Source: Methanothrix sp. (GTDB lineage Archaea > Halobacteriota > Methanosarcinia > Methanotrichales > Methanotrichaceae). From it: a stretch of 19,400 bases of DNA. Below are positions 1 through 6,809 of this stretch, piece by piece. A model generated the notes under the pieces. That model was not told where the DNA came from, ran no database searches, and saw nothing but the letters and a program-made list of their open reading frames with translations. Where the stretch lies: positions 1-19,400 of the forward strand of contig JBAXWY010000050.1 of the NCBI GenBank assembly GCA_037128175.1, written 5' to 3'. Positions within the stretch are counted from its first letter, which is position 1. Each line of letters starts with the position of its first letter. The position numbers and the translations under genes were made by a program.

Positions 1-161
1 GAGTTTCGATCGACTGCAAAACACCGTTTTTGCCTTTGATTCCTAAGTCGATGTCATATTCATTCCGGCGGGGGAGAAACACTGGCATGGTGCCGCTAAA
101 GATTGCACCTTCTCGCATATTTATGTCATGTCACCGGATCTGAAAATAACGCAAATTGAGG

Positions 162-300
162 ATTAAGATATTCGCGAACAAGTTCCACCTGGGCTTTGGT
201 ATTACGGCGGTTCGCTATTTACCACCCTGCCGTCACAATGTGCAGGTATCCTCCTGCACCGTCCAGTTATCCAACCTCAGTGCCATTTTGAGCTCCAACC
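162..300 (-). pseudogene. Decayed tyrosine recombinase/integrase fragment (region after box I, including the catalytic-Lys hairpin)
   Basis: With about 3 frameshifts and one stop, the minus strand reads ELKMALRLD-LDGAGGYLHIVTA-GGK*RTAVIPKP-VELVREYL. This matches the tyrosine recombinase pattern 'EL..L...D.D...G.L.I..(K)GGK.R.V.IP....ELLREYL'. Confidence 0.55.
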
Positions 301-331
301 CCTTCGATTATCAAAAAAGTAATGGAATGGC

Positions 332-1237
332 TTACTGCACCACCTTGGTGATAACAAGCCTCCATTCCTCACCATGAAGCCCTGCCGTTGTCCAGTAGCA
401 CTCCTTGTTCACTACCGTTTTATTGTCTCCAATGACTTCGAAATAGCTATAATTCCCATGCCCTGACCTCTCGGCCACAATCCTATGCTCCACCAATTCT
501 AGGAGGTCAGGGAACGGCTTGTATAGCGGATCTTCGAATAGATTCTTGCCTATCTGGCTCGTATCCTCGTCGTAGAGGAGTAGGCCATCACGATCCATTA
601 CCCAGAAAGTGTAATCGGCAATGCCGCTCCGATTGTTCATGTCACCATCGAGCAGAGGAGCTACAAGCTCATTGAGCAACTTATCAGGTTCAATGATTTC
701 AGTGATCCCTCCCAGGAACTCGCCTTGTGGGGAAAATATTGGATATGCTAGGGCTGTTCCGCTATATCCTTGAACCAGCAGGAACTGTTTGCTAAACACA
801 GGAGTTTTGGTCTGCAATAAGCTGGCAATATGTTCTTGCCTACTTATATCAGCCCCTTCGGCGCTCTCGCTTCCTTTGCCTTCTGCTATAATGATACTCC
901 CCTCCTTTCCAACTATGGATGTTTCAACCAGGTTTGAGTTAGTTTCCAACAGCTTGATCAGGACTTCGCGAGCAGCTGTTCCTTCTAATCCCGTTGTTGA
1001 GAGATTTTGAGATGTATCTGCTACATCCAAATCCAGATCATCCAGGCTGCCCTGCACGTCAGCCTGAAACTGGAGTAGCTTAAAGAGCATAGCTGCCTCG
1101 GATTCTGTCGCATTAAGACTGCTGTTAGGTACAGCCTGGCCGAAAGCAGCGATTGAGCAGAGAAGCAGAATAGCTGCAATCGCCGCCGCCGACGCAAAGC
1201 TGAATACCACTATTCCAGAATTTTTCTTCGGATTCAT
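332..1237 (-). CDS. Secreted stand-alone Cache-domain (dCache_1-like) protein
   Basis: 301-aa ORF with an N-terminal signal peptide (..AAILLLCSIAAFG). Cache-like motifs: DISRQEHI..LL.TKTPVFS, LAYPIFSPQGEFLGGI, WVMDRDGLLLYD.D..QIGKN. Several N-x-S/T sequons. No second TM helix or output domain. Confidence 0.8.
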   Translation of the reverse strand: MNPKKNSGIVVFSFASAAAIAAILLLCSIAAFGQAVPNSSLNATESEAAMLFKLLQFQADVQGSLDDLDLDVADTSQNLSTTGLEGTAAREVLIKLLETNSNLVETSIVGKEGSIIIAEGKGSESAEGADISRQEHIASLLQTKTPVFSKQFLLVQGYSGTALAYPIFSPQGEFLGGITEIIEPDKLLNELVAPLLDGDMNNRSGIADYTFWVMDRDGLLLYDEDTSQIGKNLFEDPLYKPFPDLLELVEHRIVAERSGHGNYSYFEVIGDNKTVVNKECYWTTAGLHGEEWRLVITKVVQ

Positions 1238-1290
1238 GCATCATCACTCCATATTTGCCAGAATTAATCCCAATATTCACCTAAACTCAA

Positions 1291-2217
1291 TCAGTTTGCT
1301 TCCTCATCATTAGCGTAGATCCCAGAGCCCAGGAACCAGGTGCCTTCTACGTCCACTACATAACTAAGCTTTAGCTTCTCGGTCATGTTTCTGGTTGGAT
1401 CGGGATAGATGTAATATGTGAAACCATTCCCTATTTTGGCAACGTCGATGAGCTGGCGGATCAAATAGACTCCATTGGGATCTTGATCATCGATTCCGTT
1501 TGTACCAATAATCTCTGGCTGGTAAGGAAGGGCCAAACTCTGTCCATTGTAGTCACGGGCAAATATATAGCGTCCATCTCTTGTGAAAGTTCCGTTTATA
1601 TCGTTGAAAACCGGCAGAGACTCTTCCTCGCCATTCTCTTTCGCAAACTGTAATGCTTCATTCACATAGGCAGCAAGTTCATCTCTCGCCTCCTTATCGA
1701 ATGAAGCGGATATATTGGAGAGGTATATCCCAGAGCCTAAGAACCAGTTATCATCTACTTTCATCACATAAGCGATTTTAAGTTCACTCTTATTATCGTG
1801 AGCAGGATTTGGGAAGATGAGGTAGTGAAATCCTGCTCCTTCTTTTGCGGCATTGATCCCCTCCCTCACGTACAAAACGCCGTTGGAATCCGATTCGTTC
1901 AGCTTGCTCTCGCCTATCCAATCGGTTTTGAACGGATGTGCAATGCAAGTTCCATTGAAATCGTATGCAAATAAGTAAAGCTCTCCATTGATAAACGAGC
2001 CAGTCTTATTGCTGAATTCCTTGAGTGACATCTCTTTGCCATGTTCATGCGCATAAGCCACAGCGGACTCGACAAAGGAGACGAGTTGTGTCTCGTTAAG
2101 TGAGGCACTTATCGATGCTCTTGCTATGCCTGATTTTTCTGCCAAAGCCGATTGAGTGCCGAAAACAATTGCACTCAACAGCAAAATGGCAGCCAATAGC
2201 ATATTCCAATTCTTCAT
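1291..2217 (-). CDS. Secreted protein with two tandem Cache_2-type domains
   Basis: Signal peptide MKNWNMLLAAILLLSAIVFGTQSALA. Two repeats of 'Y.FA.D.NG...A.P.....IG......D.NGV......I..AK.G.GF.Y...P.P......KL.YV..V...WFLGSGIY'. ATG 2217 preferred; TTG 2223 possible. Confidence 0.85.
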   Translation of the reverse strand: MKNWNMLLAAILLLSAIVFGTQSALAEKSGIARASISASLNETQLVSFVESAVAYAHEHGKEMSLKEFSNKTGSFINGELYLFAYDFNGTCIAHPFKTDWIGESKLNESDSNGVLYVREGINAAKEGAGFHYLIFPNPAHDNKSELKIAYVMKVDDNWFLGSGIYLSNISASFDKEARDELAAYVNEALQFAKENGEEESLPVFNDINGTFTRDGRYIFARDYNGQSLALPYQPEIIGTNGIDDQDPNGVYLIRQLIDVAKIGNGFTYYIYPDPTRNMTEKLKLSYVVDVEGTWFLGSGIYANDEEAN

Positions 2218-2303
2218 ATCCAATGTTGTTAGTTTATTCGATCAAAAGCCTTCGGTCAATCATGCCTTCGCACTGACAGAATTGAGTAATTGATCAAAGC
2301 CAT

Positions 2304-2420
2304 CCTTGTCTCCTGGAGTCCTGCCATCTCGGCAGCATCATTCAATAGCCTCTGGATCTGCTTAGTGGAGATATGTCCCTTGATCTCTGCCCGCGAAGAT
2401 AATATCCATGGGCCATTCTT
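2304..2420 (-). pseudogene. Decayed tyrosine recombinase/integrase fragment (segment between the Lys hairpin and box II)
   Basis: GHISTKQIQRLLNDAAEMAGLQETR is open in one frame and is preceded by HGY-IFAGRDQ via two 1-nt shifts. This fits the integrase pattern 'LFPGR..GHIS.RQIQR......A..AGL'. The HxLRH box is absent. Confidence 0.6.
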
Positions 2421-2539
2421 TCCATTATTCCTATCGCAGTTATGTCCTACTCAGAGCGCGCCAGGAAGATAGGATGCCAAGGACTTTCATGGAGACCAGG
2501 ACGTGGAATATCCAAGCTCGGTCAAATCTTCCATCAGAT

Positions 2540-2720
2540 GTATAAATCAGAACGTTCTTTAGTGATATTCGTGGGCAATGACATATTCTACCAACTGCTG
2601 CGAGATGATCGATCATGAGACCCTGGTTTTCGTCATTCTGCTCCTCATCGGCATGCTCACTCATTTGGGGCTGGGACTGTGTAGCAGTCGGTTCAAGAGC
2701 CAGCCTGTCTAACTTCCATT
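2540..2720 (-). pseudogene. Possible remnant of a YgjP/DUF45-like (HExxH) metallopeptidase gene
   Basis: The minus strand reads RVS*SIISQQLVEYVIAHEYH* (VEYVIAHE at 2591-2568), resembling 'LNWRLIMAP..VIDYVVAHELxH'. Disrupted by stops. Confidence 0.35.
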
Positions 2721-2880
2721 TGAAATTTTGATGTATTTATGCGCTCTCTGGACGGCGACTTATTTCCTGGATATCTCCAGCGACAGCCTCCTCATTTTGT
2801 CTCTTGCCACAAATTTCAAATATCTATTGCATATCTATTTATCACGAATTTAACGAGTCAAAAAGGAAGTGATGAGAAAT

Positions 2881-3870
2881 ATGAAGATTAGTACTTATTT
2901 GGTCCTATCTGTTGTAGCCCTTTTTTGTATACCATCATTGGCAATGGCATTTGTTCCTAATGTAGATCCTCTGCCTTCTTGGAACGAGGGATCTGCAAAA
3001 AATGCCATCCTCAGTTTTGTAGCAAATGTTACTAACAAGAGCAATCCGGACTATGTAGAAACTGAAGAGCGAATCGCCACCTTTGACAACGATGGCACTC
3101 TATGGTGCGAGTATCCGGATTACGTCCAGTCTCGCTTCATGTTCGATCGAGTTAAGGATATGGCTCCGGAGCACCCTGAATGGAATGATACACAACCTTT
3201 CAGTTCTATCCTTTCCGGTGAACGATTCTACGCCAGCAACTTCAGTACCAAAGAGGTAATGCAAATCTATGTCACCACCAGTTCGAATTTAACTGCTGAC
3301 GAATATATGAGTTTGGCAAGAAACTGGATCAATAGGTCCAAGAACCCTCACTTCGGGCTCTACTATACCAAGTGCATCTATAAACCCATGTTAGAGTTGT
3401 TGAGCTATCTGCGATACGAGGGCTTCAAGACCTACATAGTAACGGGAGGAGACGAGGACTTCGTGCGTGCTTTCTCTGATGAGGTATATGGAATCCCTCC
3501 TGAACAGGTGATCGGTTCGGCCATTAAGCTACAGTTCATTGAAAATAACAGTAGCTGCTCGGTCATGAAGCTTCCTGAAATCCTGGTCATTGATGACGGT
3601 CAGGAGAAGGCTAAGGAAATTCAGCTGAACATTGGGCGTCGTCCAATATTTGCCTACGGCAACTCGGATGGTGATATTCCTATGCTTCAATTCACCACTG
3701 GAGGCAATAGGCAAAGCATGGGTTTACTGAATCGCCACGACGATACTATCCGCGAGTACGCCTATGGTAATGAATCCGCTGTGGGAAGACTGGATAAAGG
3801 GCTTGAGCTCGCCGGTGAATGGGGCTGGCAGGTAGTCAGCATGAAAAACGACTGGAAATATATTTTTTAG
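2881..3870 (+). CDS. Secreted HAD-family hydrolase (non-specific acid phosphatase-like)
   Basis: Signal peptide followed by DPLPSWNEG. HAD motif I FDNDGTLW, motif II IVTGG, motif III Lys (DGQEK), motif IV GNSDGD, C-terminal VVSMKNDWK. SD-like GGAAGTGA at 2865-2872 favours ATG 2881 (2869 and 2872 are alternatives). Confidence 0.9.
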   Translation: MKISTYLVLSVVALFCIPSLAMAFVPNVDPLPSWNEGSAKNAILSFVANVTNKSNPDYVETEERIATFDNDGTLWCEYPDYVQSRFMFDRVKDMAPEHPEWNDTQPFSSILSGERFYASNFSTKEVMQIYVTTSSNLTADEYMSLARNWINRSKNPHFGLYYTKCIYKPMLELLSYLRYEGFKTYIVTGGDEDFVRAFSDEVYGIPPEQVIGSAIKLQFIENNSSCSVMKLPEILVIDDGQEKAKEIQLNIGRRPIFAYGNSDGDIPMLQFTTGGNRQSMGLLNRHDDTIREYAYGNESAVGRLDKGLELAGEWGWQVVSMKNDWKYIF

Positions 3871-3885
3871 ATACAGTACCATTCA

Positions 3886-3893
3886 TTTTTTTT
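3886..3893 (+). terminator. Archaeal oligo(T) terminator after the HAD gene
   Basis: T8 run starting 16 nt after the stop codon. Confidence 0.5.
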
Positions 3894-4087
3894 CTCAAAA
3901 TAAGCCGTGTTCATATTTTTGTTGGAGCTTCGTCGAGATATTCGCCTTCAATTTGCGGCTCCATCGCAGAACCTGGGTCCTGCCCCCGTCCGTGTTCCCG
4001 AGCACGAGCGCACTCACGCACGTGCCCGCGAGCGCCTCCTCCCAAGAGCTCGCCGGACGCTCCAATTGCATTTTCAGGAGATGTTTT

Positions 4088-4435
4088 TCATCCCCCGCAC
4101 TCCCCGCCGGACTCGTACGCCTCCCGGAGCTGATCGGCCACGCTCTCCGAAAGCATCTGCCCGGCCACGGTGAAGAAGACCTCGGCAAAATCGGGATTAA
4201 GGCAGCCGGTACTCTCCGTTCCTTCTATTACCAGGTCGGCCAGATAGCGCATATCCTCGACGGACAATTTTTTCAAGCGCTGCTCGAATTCCTGCACGCT
4301 TCTCGAGTGGTGATTGGCCACCGGGGGCAGAATGTTCAGGTACTCAATCTCTATTCCCTTCTTCTGCAGCACTTCCAGCTCTGGAACCAGCTTTATTAAA
4401 ATCTGCAGGTCTCTCTCATTCAGATCTCGGGCCAT
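4088..4435 (-). CDS. Hypothetical cytoplasmic protein, 115 aa, probably conserved in methanogens
   Basis: The protein-like part of ORF 4088..4756 starts at ATG 4435 (MARDLNERDLQILIKLVPE..PPVANHHS..ESTGCL..). The longer upstream extension overlaps xseA on the other strand and is unlikely. Confidence 0.75.
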   Translation of the reverse strand: MARDLNERDLQILIKLVPELEVLQKKGIEIEYLNILPPVANHHSRSVQEFEQRLKKLSVEDMRYLADLVIEGTESTGCLNPDFAEVFFTVAGQMLSESVADQLREAYESGGECGG

Positions 4436-4635
4436 GCAGGCAATAGTGCTCTGCAATAATATAGCGTTAACCGACAGATTGAGCTCTTCCATCCCTTTTC
4501 GGAACGGCTCGAATAAAGCATTTCGAAAAAGGTCTTTGAGTATCGAGCTGCAAGTCAAAGCCTTTATTAATGCGCAGCTTATCGAGTGATGATCGGTGCA
4601 AATTACATAAACGAATAGCGCTATTTGGGGCTTGA

Positions 4636-5637
4636 ATGGTATCTGTAGACAAGATTGCCGAAAATGATCGACATTTAGCAGATACAGATTCTGCTGATGT
4701 TTATTCTGTAACCGAGCTATCCCAGAACCTAAAGCGGTTTTTGTCGGAAACTCCATCGTTCAATAACGTCCGCTTAAAAGGAGAGATCTCCAACTTTGTC
4801 AGGGCCGCATCAGGTCACATTTACTTTGATTTAACGGAAGATGACTACGTTATCGCATGCGCATTCTTTAAACACCAGCAATTCGTCGGTTGCAGTGACC
4901 TTGGCAATGGGATCCAGGTCTTGGCATCAGGCACTGTAACAGTCTATGAGAAGAAAAGCCAGTATCGGCTCATAATCAGTAAGATCACAACAATCGGGGA
5001 TGGCGTCTCTTCCTCGGAATTTAAGCGCCGAAAGGATAAGCTTGAGAGAGAAGGCCTGTTCAGACAGGATCGGAAGAAGCCCATACCTCGTCTTCCCAGG
5101 AAGATCGGCGTTATCACCTCTAAGGATAGCACCGCCATTAAGGACATCCGGACTGTGGTTGATGCGCGATTTCCAAAGATGGACCTGGTGCTGGCCTATG
5201 CAACTATTCAAGGAGAAGGAGCACCGGGCAGCATAATCCAGGCACTAATCGCTCTTGCTAAGATCAGTGATGTGGATGCCATCATACTGGCAAGAGGCGG
5301 CGGCCCATCGGAAGATTTTATGGTTCTCAACGATGAGCAGCTAGTGCGGGTCATTGCTTCGAGCACCAAGCCCATAATCACGGGCATAGGTCACGAGAGA
5401 GATACGTGCCTGGTTGATTTGGCTGCGGACTTTAGAGCCTCTACGCCTTCTACTGCTGCCCAGGCAGTGATCCCGGATATCCAGGTGCTTAGAAATGACC
5501 TGAGTTCATTGAGGAAAAACTTGGATCGATCTAATCAATCCTACGAAGAGATAAATAAGGTTTCTAGGTACAAAGCCATTATTGCGGTACTGATTGTACT
5601 TTTATTGCTTGTCATACTGATATTTATGGTGAAATGA
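4636..5637 (+). CDS. xseA: Exodeoxyribonuclease VII large subunit, shortened, with predicted C-terminal transmembrane helix
   Basis: OB-fold motifs YSVTEL, GEISNF, SGHIYFDL. Catalytic-domain motifs EGLF..RKKPIP..P.KIGVITS, AIKD, IQGEGA, ARGGG..ED, GIGHERD..LVD.AAD, TPSTAA. Ends in KAIIAVLIVLLLLVILIFMVK. Confidence 0.93.
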   Translation: MVSVDKIAENDRHLADTDSADVYSVTELSQNLKRFLSETPSFNNVRLKGEISNFVRAASGHIYFDLTEDDYVIACAFFKHQQFVGCSDLGNGIQVLASGTVTVYEKKSQYRLIISKITTIGDGVSSSEFKRRKDKLEREGLFRQDRKKPIPRLPRKIGVITSKDSTAIKDIRTVVDARFPKMDLVLAYATIQGEGAPGSIIQALIALAKISDVDAIILARGGGPSEDFMVLNDEQLVRVIASSTKPIITGIGHERDTCLVDLAADFRASTPSTAAQAVIPDIQVLRNDLSSLRKNLDRSNQSYEEINKVSRYKAIIAVLIVLLLLVILIFMVK

Positions 5638-5644
5638 GGATCTT

Positions 5645-5842
5645 ATGGGTGACATTAAATATTTTTACAATATTCAAAGAATCAACGAGATTATATCACA
5701 GCTTGATGAGGGAAAGCTGCCTGCTCAAGAGGCAAAGAAGCAATTCAAAATAGCTAAGGGACTGGCTGATGAATGCGAAGAAATTCTAAATCGCTATTCT
5801 GGAACCGTTGAACAGATAAGCATCATTTCTGCAGGGCATTGA
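5645..5842 (+). CDS. xseB: Exodeoxyribonuclease VII small subunit
   Basis: 65 aa, 7 nt after the xseA stop, with SD-like GAGGA. Pattern RINEIISQLDEGKLP...A...F......A.ECEEIL......VEQI matches XseB. Confidence 0.85.
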   Translation: MGDIKYFYNIQRINEIISQLDEGKLPAQEAKKQFKIAKGLADECEEILNRYSGTVEQISIISAGH

Positions 5843-5958
5843 TTGCCTCGCAACCTCCTGATTGGGCCTGAGCAATTTCTAACTTAATTATAAACAAAAT
5901 ATTTTAAGCAAAAATTTTTTTAGGTCGCTTTAAAACGTATTCGTTGTCGTCTCTTGAT

Positions 5959-6019
5959 GCAAAAATTATAAATATTACTAGCTAAAATTATTATACTAGA
6001 TTTGAGGTGGATACTAGAT
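5959..6019 (+). promoter_or_regulatory. BRE/TATA promoter and SD of the transglutaminase-like gene, with three TACTAG repeats at 18-bp spacing
   Basis: GCAAAAA followed by TTATAAATA (5966-5974). TACTAG at 5976, 5994 and 6012. SD GAGGTG at 6004-6009. ATG 6018. Confidence 0.55.
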
Positions 6020-6713
6020 GGCTACAGGCTTTAACTGGGCGGGGAACGCAATTGTCAGAGATACGGTTATGTGGGACAAAAGAGCGGTCATCGGCAACCT
6101 GGGCCTCTACATTCCCACCGACATTCGGGCCTGGCTCTCTTCCACGAATAGCGAGGTTATCCAGAGAGCTTTGCAGGATATCGGTCTTCCCTCGGTTCGC
6201 GAGGCCGGCACATTTGACCCGCGGGTCTGGAAGATCTGGGATTATGTGGCTACTTCAGTGCAATATGTCACGGACAAAAGCTCCTTCGGCCTGGAGGACT
6301 TCTGGCTCTTTCCCGAGGAGACGCTCGTCTTGCACAAGGGCGACTGCGAGGATTCCTCTTTCCTGCTGGCTGCTCTTCTTCTGGCCAGCGGCATCTCTGA
6401 GCACTGTGTGCGCGTGGTTTTGGGCACGGTCACCACACCGGACGGATCCTTTGGCCATGCCTGGGTGGTCTACCAGAATGAGTCCGGCCGCTGGTGCCTG
6501 CTGGAGTCCACCCTGGATGCCGTCCCCTCCCAGCTGACGCCGGCTGATCCGTTTATAGTGCCTGGAAATGAATATAATTACAGGCCTCTGTTCTGCCTGA
6601 ACGGTTCTCACCTCTGGTCGATGGGGGCGGCAAATGCGCAGATGGCCGATTACCTGAAAACGAGGGGCAAGATCCAGGTGAGGCAGAAGGCCTCAAAAAA
6701 GAGGGTACTCTGA
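6018..6713 (+). CDS. Transglutaminase-like cysteine peptidase (BTLCP/C93-like fold), no signal peptide
   Basis: Motifs VQYVTD....EDFWLFPEETL...KGDCED, GHAWV and WCLLEST give a Cys-His-acid triad. Good SD. Confidence 0.85.
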   Translation: MATGFNWAGNAIVRDTVMWDKRAVIGNLGLYIPTDIRAWLSSTNSEVIQRALQDIGLPSVREAGTFDPRVWKIWDYVATSVQYVTDKSSFGLEDFWLFPEETLVLHKGDCEDSSFLLAALLLASGISEHCVRVVLGTVTTPDGSFGHAWVVYQNESGRWCLLESTLDAVPSQLTPADPFIVPGNEYNYRPLFCLNGSHLWSMGAANAQMADYLKTRGKIQVRQKASKKRVL

Positions 6714-6809
6714 GCCGGATCACTGGGCTTCAGATCCACCAAAAAGCGCTGCACATCTCTTCTCCAGGCATCCGCAACTATTTATCGATTGATCTCGGAC
6801 ACTTCCCAC

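Noticed and set aside
1-118. Open minus-strand frame running off the window (ATG 118 or 88; MPVFLPRRNEYDIDLGIKGK..)
   Set aside because: Too short and truncated to recognise. It could be a gene start but nothing supports a call.
240-259. Hairpin GTGCAGG-N6-CCTGCAC
   Set aside because: A single 7-bp stem inside the integrase relic with no T-tail; plausibly chance.
3895-4188. GC-rich overlapping ORFs (3819..4133, 3895..4188, 3907..4173, 3953..4399), plus an ATGA-coupled start after the 115-aa gene that stops after 5 codons
   Set aside because: No recognisable motif in any frame. It may be a decayed small gene but cannot be supported.
4436-4756. N-terminal extension of ORF 4088..4756
   Set aside because: It overlaps xseA on the opposite strand and spans the divergent promoter region. 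ATG 4435 is more plausible.
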